DNA from: Eremomyces bilateralis CBS 781.70
Lineage: Eukaryota
Assembly: GCA_010015585.1 (NCBI GenBank)
Contig: ML975153.1
Direction: 5' to 3' (one strand)
DNA length: 64,000 nucleotides
Positions within the stretch are counted from its first letter, which is position 1; each line of letters opens with the position of its first letter. Below the pieces are notes generated by a model, which saw only the letters and a program-made list of their open reading frames with translations, was not told where the DNA came from and did not search any database. Below are positions 53,066-64,000 of this stretch, piece by piece. The translations under genes were made by a program, and so were the position numbers.

Positions 53066-53209
53066 CCCCATCTTGCTCTCCTGTTTCAATCTCACTTCAC
53101 TTCCATCAAACCATCGATATCCTACCATCTTATACCACATCATTACTATTACCACTTCAACACAAACACCCTCAAAGACTTATATACAACACCAACATCA
53201 GACCTCAAC

Positions 53210-54540
53210 ATGCAACCCCAACACCATACCACGACCGGCGGGCCGCACTCCAGCAATTTGGCGAACAAGTTGGGTAAGTGAACTATATGCTTGCCTTGCT
53301 GTTCGCACAGCTAACACTTCTCTAGACCCCCGCGTTGATACAGATCGAAACGGCCTTGGGGCTACGGGAGCTCCGGGTGCCTATAATGATGGCACTACCA
53401 CTGCTGGCAGTGGCTTGACCGGCACCGGCCAATATCCCGATGGCACCACTGCAGACACTGGCTTGGCCGGAGCTGGCCATCACACTGCCGGTACTGGCTT
53501 GACTGGCACTGGCCATCAAACTGCCGGTACTGGCTTGACTGGCACTGGCCATCAAACTGCCGGCACTGGTTTGACCGGCGCTGGCCATCACACTGCTGGC
53601 ACTGGCTTGACCGACAATCGCCATCAGACAGCTGGCACCGGGCTCACCGGCACCGGCCATCACACTGCTGGTACCACCGCTGGCACCGGGTTGACCGGCG
53701 CCGCCCATCACACGACTGGTACGACCGGCACCGGCCATCCTGCCAACATGACTGCCCAACACCCCACCGGCCCTCACTCCAGCAACTTGGCCAACAAGGC
53801 CGATCCCCGCATCGATTCAGACCGGGACTATAGCTCAAACCTTGGAGCTACGCACGCCCCTGGTGGCTCCCACACCGCTGGAACTCACACGACCGGAAAT
53901 GGGTTGACAGGCGCCACAGCCGGAACTCACACGGCCGGCACTGCCCAACACTCCACCGGCCCTCACTCCAGCAACTTGGCCAACAAGGCCGATCCCCGCG
54001 TCGATTCAGACCGGGACTATAGCTCAAACCTTGGAGCTACGCACGCCCCTGGTGGCTCCCACACCGCTGGAACCCACACGACCGGAAATGGGTTGACAGG
54101 CGCGACAGGCGCCACAGCCGGAACTCACACGGCCGGCACTGGGTTGCCAGGAACCGGCCATCATACTACCGGAACCCACACGACCGGAAATGGGTTGACA
54201 GGCACCGGCCATCACAGTGCTGGAACTCATACGACCGGCAATGGGTTGGCAGGCACCGACCATCATACCGGAACCACGGGACACACCACCGGAACTGGTG
54301 TGGGAGGCACCGCTGGTCATCACGCGAAAGGGACCACTAGCCATCATCACACCGGCACTTCAGCCGTTGGGCCAGCGCCCCACACCGCTGGGCCTCACAA
54401 GGTACGAAATGAAACACTCGATTGCCTCAACTCGCGCTAACCGATCGCAGTCCGATGTTCTGAATAAGATCGACCCCCGCGTCGATTCCAACCAGGACGG
54501 CAGCCGCACCGTCGGTGGGAACAAGACTTATTCTGCGTAA
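53210..54540 (+). CDS. Fungal dehydrin-like (DPR-repeat) Gly/Thr/His-rich stress protein
   Basis: Four GPHxSNxxNKxDPRxDSD-type motifs separated by TAGTGLTGTGHH repeats; introns 53274-53325 and 54402-54450. Confidence 0.88.
53751..54137 (+). repeat. Near-identical 189-nt intragenic tandem duplication in the dehydrin gene
   Basis: actgcccaacac...ggccctcactccagcaacttggccaacaaggccgatccccgc starts at 53751 and again at 53940; the second copy has a 9-nt insertion. Confidence 0.9.
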
Positions 54541-55457
54541 GTCGCTTGATGGGGAATCGGCGGATGGATGAACATTCGCGGTGCTTTGAGACCCCTTAAT
54601 TTGCATGGCACGACTCATGATATCCTTATGACGCTTCGTCAGAATCTTGTACTCTATAACTAGCTATATGCAGTCAATGATATCCAACTATATGACTTAC
54701 TATATCTATCCAAGCAATGTTGCTCAACCCATAACATGTCCCTCTCGTCTAGCAATGTGGTAACGTTACTTGAATGCTTATGCGGTTCAATAGTACTGGC
54801 CATCGAAGTGGTATGGGAAGCACGCTATCCCATCACTCTCACCACAAAGGCTCGACCCCGGTCCATCGGCGTGACAAGAGCGATACATCTCAAGTTCCCC
54901 CCTCGGTCTTTCGCACGGGGGGTAAACCGGTTGAGGTTGCTCACGATGGAGATCCCCATGATCATCGCCGCCGACACAGCTCGCGACAGGAGCGCGTCAG
55001 TGAGACGCTGACGAAGTACGGCTCAGGGCAGAAGTAGAAGCCTCCGAGGGCTCTGCTGCGAATGCTTTGTCTCTTCTATCTCCAGACGAAGCCTTGGGCC
55101 AGGGGATTTAGGAGAGGGCTCAATGGAAGCGGGGGGATGGAAGATGTGCCGTCATTTCTTTCTTGGGCGCCAGCGCAAGGTGTTTTGAGGTTAGGTCATG
55201 GATTAGCGGATAGTAATGGATCCTCATTCAAGTCTTCATTCAAATCTGGCTTGAAATCCAGGCGGTCTGATTTCCTCGAGCTTGTTCATGTTGTTCTCGT
55301 CAACTTGGCCCTCCATTAATTACCCCGCGTTCCCGTGCCAAGTCATTCGTGCCATATTCCGCTCTTCCAATGGAAGGTTAACGAAATCATCGGCAAGATG
55401 CAAGTTGCAGGCCTCGTCGAAGGTCCAAGCACCATAAAAATACACACAGTATGACAT

Positions 55458-56216
55458 TCATGCCGTTGCACCGTTGAGATATGGAGCATCACCAGGCATC
55501 GATCCCACGACCCAGTCTCTCACATGCCCCTTCCAATCCGATATCCGCCCGCCCTCCATCCTAACCAAGACGACCTTCGTCTCATCGTCATTGATATAGC
55601 AATCCGTCCCGCCATCCTCCTCCAATCTCTGCAAATCCTCCCCCGCGGAAGAAGGCGTATTGTTCTCCAAGTGCTTCCGCCTCAGCCACCCCCCCTCCTC
55701 CTCCGACTCCACCAGCCGCGCCGTCCCATTCAACGTCACCGAGATCGACGACAGCGCGCTCGTGTTGAGGTTCAGCAGCAGCGCGGCGAGGCCGGTCGGC
55801 CGCTGCGGGCCGGGTGGGGCCGGGTCGAGCGACGGGGTGGCGGTGGTCGGGGGCGCGGGCTCGGACTCGGGGTCGCCGGTGTTGGAAGAGAGGGTCGGCG
55901 GGCGGTGGGAGACCCAGTCGTGGACGAGGAGGGCGACGCGGGGGTTGTGGAGGAGGTTGGCGGTCTTGGTGGAGGAAGGGGTGGTGGTCATGATGATGAC
56001 GGGGTTGGGGTCCCAGGGGGTGGAGGGGAGGTATGTGTAGTTCATGAGGGAGATGTGGGGGATGTTCTGGTGGCATGTGGAGAGGTGCAGCTAGGGCAGG
56101 CGGTTAGTCAAGCATATATAAAAGGTGGGGGTCTAGCCTACGAATCGCGCATTTTGTAAGCAGGTCACGACCTCCGGAGGGAGCGAAGCTGCAGAGTGGC
56201 TCGATGTGGAAGGCAT
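55458..56216 (-). CDS. Pyridoxamine 5'-phosphate oxidase-like FMN-binding protein (YGR017W-like)
   Basis: LPPEVVTCLQNARF/LHLSTCHQNIPHISLMNYTY...KTANLLHNPRVALLVHDW...GRISDWKG. Confidence 0.88.
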
Positions 56217-57079
56217 CTTTGTGATGTTGGGCTGAAGGATGGAGGGACCGAGTGGATGTTCACCCCGGCAATAGGACCGTGATTCGTCGGTGACGGGGAA
56301 ATGTCAATGGGAAGGATGTGGGGAGGTCAATGGTCTTTGGAAAATCAGGGACATGGACTTATGAAGGGGTGAATCTTCGGACTTCCTTCCGGTGATTAGA
56401 TGTGAATTGCAATGGAGGGGCGATTGGAGAAGTCGAGACTGATGTTCACGGGGTGGATTGAGATCACGTGGGGGGGTGGACCGAGCACAGCGGGGTGTGA
56501 AAGGAGCTTCACCCGCGTTCCCTCATATATCACGAGTCACGTGTAGATCATGTGCTAGCGCAAGCCACCATGCAAGCCACTGTAGCCACAGAAGGAAGTT
56601 GCACCCGGACCCTGTGGCGCGGTTACCCGCGTGGCGTTGCTTACATGTGGTGCCAGCGGTTCCGATGATGTAAACGTCACAACAATTGCAAGTTATAATA
56701 GGTAGAGGGTAGACCCTGCCCTGCTGTAACAATATAACTGGCTCGATAGTGAATTACCGTACTGCTTATTGTGTAGGTGGCAAAGTCAGTTCGGGGTTTG
56801 GTGCAAGTGTGGCGGTGCGACCCTTTAACCTGGAGATCCATTCCGTCCTCGACAAAATCACGTTCCTCCGCTGTTCCCGGCTTCCCCTGCAACGCATTAA
56901 CTCACATCTGCGAGATTGCGACGCCATCCTTTTCTCGGTCTTCTCAGTTACTTTCATTACTGCACTTGGATTTCTCCTACTGGCACTGCCACTGCCACTG
57001 CTGCAGCTCTCTCCATTGATGACCGTCCCCCTTACCTTGCCGATTCGCGCGCACTTCCGTGCCCCGACCAGCGCCCAGA

Positions 57080-59442
57080 ATGGCGACTACCGAAGCCGAC
57101 GCATACGTGTCGGAAACCAAGGAGAATGGCCGTGAGAATGAAGGTGGTGCTGTGCAGCCCGTCGAAAATCTGGCGGCTTCTCCACCTACCGTCAACGACG
57201 CGGTTCAGAAAACCGTGGATGCGATTTTATACTCCGATGTAAACACGGTTCTCGCCCTGCTGTGCCAACAACTGACGGGACCTAGATCGGCGTCAACACA
57301 TTGCTCAATCGGCTGAAACAGAGCGTGGCTTCTGCTAGGGTACGTTCAATACATAACCCATGGCGCGAAAAGCAGTTATTGGGGCTCGTATAATTGACCA
57401 TTGCCAGGATTTCGCCGGTTTCCTCAGAAAGCGTGGAGCCGCTGAAGAGGAGCACTCCAAAGAGCTCCGAAAGCTGGTTCGACACACCCAAGGCCAAATC
57501 CGAAGCCCGGACTCGCGCCAGGGTACATATGCGACACAATTCGAAGAATTATCGCGCACTCATGAGCGAATGGCGGACCATGGAATGCAATACGCTCTTT
57601 CCATGCACACGATGCACGAGGACCTGACGGAGCTGGCCAACAACATGGAGCGTGGTCGCAAACATTGGAAACAGGTTGGACTGGCCGCCGAGAAGAAGGT
57701 ACAAGACGCTGAGGCGCTGATGGACAAAGCGAAATCCAAGTACGCCTCGTTGGCGGAGGATTACGACGGCGTGCGGACTGGCGACCGGAGCTCCGGCAGG
57801 CACCTGTTCCGCCCCAAAAACGAAGAGGATATGCTTCGCAAAGTCCAGGCGGCAGACTCCGATTATGCCTCTAAAGTCCAACAGGCGCAATCCGACAGAC
57901 AGGAGTTGATATCCTCCCATCGGCCCGCAGCCGTCCGAGCGTTGCAAGACCTGATCAAAGAGTGTGACTCCGCATTGACCCTTCAACTGCAGAAATACGG
58001 TATGTCCATCTGCGACATGATTTGCGACCGGATCGACTGACTCTTATAGCCACCTTCAATGAAAAATTGCTCGTTGGGAACGGCATGCTGATTGCACCTA
58101 TCAAAAGCCAGGAAATTCACGCAAAGAGCATGAAGGACATCGTCCACCAAATCGACAATGAAAAGGATTTCCAGACCTATATTGTAGGTTTAACAAGTAA
58201 GGTGCCTGCCAAGCCCGTGGAAATCAAATACGAGAAACATCCTGTAAGCTTCGGCCAGCCCCCAGCGACTGCATCCTGGATCGTCAACTCACAGAACCCC
58301 ATAGTCGCTCCAACCAACGCAACAGCCGCCTGCAAACAATTCGCCAGCGCCTCCGATCCAGACTTCCCTCCCCCAGGCTCAACCACCCGCACAGTTTCCG
58401 ATGGGCCAGCAAGGGTCCCGACCACCGCCTCAGCAGGGTCCTCCGACGCCAACCGGCGGATTCCAACAGATGAACCCGGGCTATCAGAATCAACCATCTC
58501 CCGTTCAGCCTCCACAGCCACAGGAGATGCCATCGCAGCAGATACAATACCCCTCTCAGGCCCCACCATATCCTCATGGGCAACCCAACCAACCATACCC
58601 AGCCGAGAAAATGAGCGCCGACGGCGCCCGTCCTCCATCGCGAGGCCCTGGTGCGCCTCAACTTGCGCCGCTTGGTTTCGAAGGTGCTCACCACGGCCAT
58701 CCGAACCCTCCCACGGCGAACGTCCCGACTCCAACGCAATCGCAACCTCCACCGATGGATTACAAGCCAGGGGTGGCCCCTCCCAACCACCCCGTTTTTG
58801 GCGTGTCCTTGGATGCGCTCTATCAACGCGACGGCACTCCCGTGCCTCTGGTGGTCTATCAATGCGTCCAGGCGGTCGATCTGTACGGTTTGGAGGTCGA
58901 GGGCATCTACCGAGTTCCCGGCGATGCGCGACATATCCAGCAGCTCAAGTCGCTGTTCAACCACGATTCCAGCCGCGTGGACTTCCGAAATCCCGAGGCG
59001 TTCTACCACGATGTGAACAGCGTCGCGGGCCTGTTAAAGTTGTGGCTTCGCGAACTGCCGGATCCGGTCTTGACCTCGGAACGGGAGTCCGATTTGATCG
59101 GGGCCGCCCGCATCCAGGACTATGCCATGCGCCGCGACAGCATCCACGCTATCGTCAATGAGCTACCTGACCCGAATTATGCCACGCTCAGGGCTGTCGT
59201 GCTGCATTTGCACAAGATCCAGGAACGCTCCGCCCACAATCGAATGACCTCGGAAAACCTTGCAATCTGCTTTGCGTAAGTGATGGTCGTCTTCCCACGA
59301 TGCGTGGACTAACTAATCTCTTTTCCACAGGCCAACGCTCATGGGCAACTTCCGCGGCCCGAACGTCGCGGACGCCGGACTCCAGGCCACGGTCATCGAC
59401 ACGATCTTGCAGAACACGTTCCAAATTTTCGATGAGGATTGA
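57080..59442 (+). CDS. RGD1: F-BAR + RhoGAP protein Rgd1
   Basis: ILYSD/IGVNTLLNRLKQSVASAR/DFAGFLRKR F-BAR; PVFGVSL...EGIYRVPG...LKLWLRELPDP...NRMTSENLAICF/PTL RhoGAP. Confidence 0.92.
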
Positions 59443-60049
59443 TTACCGCTCTTCCGTACCCGTGTTCGTCATGCCTCCAACGGCATTATCTAGCAGGAAC
59501 TAGACGAACAGTATCACAGATGCTTGGGATCTGGGATACATGATAACCGAGCCGTTAACGACCTTCCATGGTCTTTCTATACGCATGATTCGGGGAGGTC
59601 AGCGCTTGCATGGTTCGTATGTACATGTTGGAGATACCTTTGATGATGAGGACAATTTTCTGAATGCTGCCCGCGCTCATTTGCTGCGAGACGGGCATCC
59701 AGGCCGCGGTGTTAGTGTAGGCGGCGCTTATAATACAAACATATCCAAGAATCCATGGTTAATAAGATCAGAAACGTCTCCGTATCTCGGGGCCGGCATA
59801 TAAACCAGTTGATCGCGGTCCCATCGCTCTTAGGCCATCCGGAATGAATCCATTTAATGGTGACACAATTGCTCTTGAATCTCAACGGCATGAAAGGCTA
59901 GCCAAAGTGTAAAGGAGATATCAGTGCTATTATAAACGTTCGTGAATTGTGGGCGATAAATATCCTGACTGCGTATCCCAAACAACTACTCCACATAGGC
60001 GATGCCTAACCCCTCAGTTGAGAACGCAACTTTGCACCCTATGCTTTTC

Positions 60050-63028
60050 TCATGAAACAGATGCCACAACCAACGACGCAACACCCTCCTCTTCTGACCT
60101 CACTTCGATCCTCATGGCGATGCCGCTCTTGGGATTCGCCAGCCGCACCAGCGCGGCAACTTTGCCGCCTAGGATCGTCTTCCCGTACAGCTTCAGCGTA
60201 TGCGAGACGTTCGAAGCCACGTCCTCGGTTCCTTCGAGCGGCTGCAGCGATAGGCTTCGGACGAGCTGCTCAGTTGCATCTACACGATGGGAGTTAGAAT
60301 GTTCGAATAACGGGGGGGTAAAGTACGACTTGTTCATCACATACCGGCAATTGACTTGGCGTTGCTGAGCTGCAGCGTTTCCACGGCGGAGTCATGGCCA
60401 TCGACCTGCCCCCAAATGACATCGAAGTTGCCTGCGTAGGCGGGAACGACATAGTCGCCGCCCGCCAGTTCCAAATCTTCCACCTGGTATTCGTCCTCGT
60501 AGCCTGGCTCCTCGGCCTCTTTAGTCGTCGGGTCGATTTCCTTGCTGGTGAACTTGAGAACATTGGTGAAGCTGGTTGCCAAGAACGGCGTGGTGTCGTC
60601 GAGACGTTTGAATGAGACGTAGATTGTCCCCGGCTCGTTGGTCTGCAATGAGGCGGCGGGGATGATGAATTCTTCCTCGAGAGCAACATCCCCGTCTTCC
60701 TCCGACGGGGTGGACACGACCGTGACGTCGCAGAGCACCGTGTCTGGAAGAGTATTCTTTACTTCGAACTGCAGCACAATGTGGTCCTTGAAGACGTGCT
60801 TGATCGCAGAAACCACGTATTCTGTTTCCGATTCGGTGAGCTCGGTAGGCACCGAGGATTTGAGGACACCGCCGTACGGAGCAAATTCCGGGATTTCCTG
60901 AAGTTGGGAAGCATATTTCTGCGCCGCAGCCGTGGCAGTGGCTGCTGCTTCCGCGCCTCCCTTCGATGCCGCGTGCGGCTTGGGTCCGGTGCTTGGAGCC
61001 TTGAGCGTCGGCGTGGCAGTCGTCAATTTCCTTGTTCGGTCTTCTGCATCGGCTTGCTCTCTCGTGACGACGGGGATCTTGGAGAGATCGAAAGGCGAAG
61101 CGAACGTCTCTTTGCTGTCTGCCGTGACATACATTACGAGCTGGTGCTCAAGCACGGGAAGAGAGAACATGGAGTCTATCACCACGGTTAGTCTCTCTTG
61201 ATCCAAATATTCTTCTCCCGGACGAAGCATACCGTTTCGAATAAAAGCCTCTGCCGTCTCATCATCCTGGTCCATCAATCTCAAATTCAACGCTGCTCGA
61301 TCCCGCACTTCATCATCGGTATCGTCCAAGCATCGGGTAAGAAGAACACGGACACTGCTCTTGACCTCGGGCTCTTTTTGCCCGACTCCAAATTTAGCGA
61401 GGGCCGTCACGGCGGCGGCTCGGACAATGGCATTCTCAAGTACGACGCGGTTATAGATATACCGAATGTACTTGGTTGGATTCGCCGTTTTTGGGCCTTC
61501 CATGCCCAAGAGGTGTAGTATCCTCACAGCGAGCTTGGTATACTCGCAATCTTCGATGAACTCGCTCAGATGCCCAAGTGCATCCTCTTTGCTGTCTGGA
61601 ACAAATTTGATAAGATCAAACATGCTCTCGACAATGGCTCTCTTGTACTCGTAGCCGCCCTCGTCGCGGAGAATCCCACTCAAGAACGACAGCATCCCTG
61701 CTTGCTTGCTTGGGAATTTTATGCACAGGGTCCGGATGGCCTCCACGATGGTGACTTTGAACTCGTCGCTCATTTCGGTCATGAAACTCGATATTTGCTT
61801 CATGAGCCTGTCAACGCTGGATTCGTTTCCGGTCTTCAACAAGGTCGTTATTGCGAATGTCGCGATCGAACGGTTGCTGCTTGTGATCAGGGCTTCAATG
61901 TCGGGGTTACAGGGGCGGACGGCTTCCGGTTTCAAGGAAGCGTATCGATGAAGGATTCGAATGGCGGCAAACTTCGTCACGGCCCTCGGTGCAGTAAGGA
62001 AAAGCTGCAGGGTGTGTATAGCCTGGGAAATTTCTGCGTCTGTAATGTCCCGAACATCACAGATTGCTTTGGCGGCCTCAAAGTTGACCATTTCGCTCTT
62101 GTGGCGCAGCCATGCGTCCAAGAGTCGCATCATCTCTTTGCGGAGGCTGGGGTCGTCTTCAGCCAACTTCGCCGCTAATCGGACAAGGAGAACCGCGGCT
62201 GCGGGGCTCTTCACAACTCCTGGGGCGCTGTATTGTTGGACCATCTTCACCAACGCCATGCGATCGTGAGAGCGCATTTGATAGAGAAGCCCAATAGCAT
62301 GATACTGTGTCATTGCATTGCTGCCCGCAAGCGTTGGCACGTTTGAGCTGCCGTAACCGAGAGTAAACCCTCCTGATTTAGTTCCGGAGGCTGCTTCTTG
62401 GGTCTCGCTTTGCCATCTTCGAACGATATCCCTCGCAATGGGCAAAAGGTGGTAGGCGGACACCAGAGCTGCGGAAGCTACCGAAGGCACCTTGTCGACT
62501 ATGGCGGTCTTGATGTTTCGTTCGATCGCGGGGACAGTGCTCGCCTAGAGAATATCAGTATGAAAATCGCACTCAAGGCAGGACGGCATACGTCAATGAT
62601 CCTGCATAACGCTCGAATGGCGTTCGCTCGATACAGCACATCGCTCTGAACGGACGTGTCCTTCATGATACTACTAGTGACCATGATCGTATCTTCCGCC
62701 GTGGGGGCCAGTTCCTTGAGAACCAAGTACACCATCTGTCGCAAGCTCGCATCTTTATTTTGAAAGAGTTTCGTGATCCAGAAAAAGAGCTCCGTCGCTT
62801 CATTTTTCGGGAAGGTCTCGCCCGTGAACAGGAGCATAGCAATTTTCTTCAAGTGCATCCGACATTTTCGAGGAGAGATGGGCGAGGTATTGAAGATTCT
62901 AGCTGATGCGGAGGTCAGTATGAGGAGACCATTGTTTAGGGGCTCAACTCACCTTCCTGGAAGACGGAAGTCCGATCAACCTTTACCATGGCCCCATCCG
63001 CATCCTCATCTCTCTTTCCGTAACTCAT
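60050..63028 (-). CDS. SEC21: Coatomer (COPI) gamma subunit
   Basis: MSYGKRDEDAD...DRTSVFQE/ARIFNTSPISPRKC, ATFAITTLLKTG, YIYNRVVLEN, DDEVRDRA, LTESETEYVV. Confidence 0.98.
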
Positions 63029-63589
63029 GATGGCGATTTAGTTCCGTCTCAGGGCGTTGCACTCAGGTCCCAGAATCAACGGTTCGTAAAGCGGATTGGG
63101 TGGTGATGTGGGCTGTCGATGAACTAGGACTCGACACGATCATTTGTGCTTAGCCATTGAGTTTAGACAGAATGACGGTCGAACGGGTAGCCTTGGGAGC
63201 GGTATCAGGAATAAAGTGTGCGAGTGTTGTTTAGGAGAGCTGTAATATGCCACGACCCTAACATTGGTGGAGGTGAGCATCGAACGCAGTTGAAGCCATG
63301 TGGCAGGGTGCTCCGGTGCAATGCATGTAATAATACACAAGCCACACTTACTCAGCAAAACCGTCTGTTATGTATCTGTGTGCTGTCATATATCGGTCGT
63401 CACGTGGATATCAAAGACCCTGACGTATGCGGGTGGCTGAGGAAGCCTTGAATGTACTTCGGACCAGGACTATTAATATTCTGCGATCACCACATCGGAG
63501 CATCATTTGAAGACTGTAGCGCACAAGTAAACAAGACCAACAGCAAAATTTAACAGAGTTTACCTTGGTACGAAGCCGCCCAGTTCAAA

Positions 63590-64000
63590 ATGAATATGCC
63601 CGATATGCCGGTAAACGTCCCTGTGGACGACCCCAATGCGGACACTGAATGGTAAGTAATCCCACCAAGTTTGATTCCCTTGATCAGACACTAAGGCTTC
63701 CAGGAATGATATATTACGGAAACATGGAGTCATCCCAGAGAAGCCTCCTTCTCCCACAGCAGAGTTGGAGGAGGTTTTAGTCCAGGCCCGGGCTCTTGCT
63801 CATGAGCACCGTCTCGAGGGCAAAGATCTGGATGAACTAGCCGAGCTTGAAGATGACGAAGACGACGACTTCCTAGAGCACTATAGGTGCGTTATGTACC
63901 CTCCAAGGTCATAGGAACTGCTTGTTGTTAACCATCGAGCTAGGAGGAAACGGCTTGCCGAGATGTCAACCATCGCATCAAGCGCCATATATAATCAGGT
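63590..64000 (+). CDS. PLP2: Phosducin-like protein Plp2/Viaf (partial, runs off the window)
   Basis: VDDPNADTEW/NDILRKHGVIPEKPP...LDELAELEDDEDDDFLEHYR/RKRLAEM. Confidence 0.9.

Noticed and set aside
53400..54300. Regularly spaced repeats resembling a CRISPR array or minisatellite element
   Set aside because: In-frame coding repeats of the dehydrin in a eukaryotic gene; no unique spacers and no cas genes.
58022..59161. 379-aa alternative-frame ORF inside RGD1
   Set aside because: Its start is a real RGD1 exon; the rest is read-through of an intron (~58244-58303) into the wrong frame, not a frameshift or second gene.

Overview
Gene-dense, intron-rich chromosome segment (typical introns 50-65 nt, GT-AG, CTRAC/CTAAC branch points) of a filamentous ascomycete (Pezizomycotina). 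About 30 mostly housekeeping genes can be reconstructed by joining ORF-track fragments across introns: Zn2Cys6 TF, RPC82, QCR2, ATP15, MAK10, CENP-W-like, PRE5, VPS55, VPS68, LOC1, EHT1/EEB1-like hydrolase, Scc4-like cohesin loader, Ebp1/AF4-like protein, GFA protein, GET1, COA1, DMM-1-like JmjC protein, SWS1, Fun19/Laf-like SWIRM protein, CDC50, MET3, PDCD5, COQ4, DPR dehydrin, PNPOx-like protein, RGD1, SEC21 and partial PLP2. There is also a decayed M43 metalloprotease pseudogene. The most notable observation is a ~680-aa three-exon gene at 47014-49161 (-) that aligns collinearly, by eye against sequence recalled from memory, with the UFM1 E3 ligase UFL1, although the UFM1 pathway is considered lost in Dikarya. 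Also notable are the tail-to-tail linkage of VPS55 and VPS68 (two subunits of one complex) and KDM6-like motifs in the JmjC protein. No rRNA, tRNA, CRISPR or recognisable transposon was seen. All family calls are by recognition; no database search was run.
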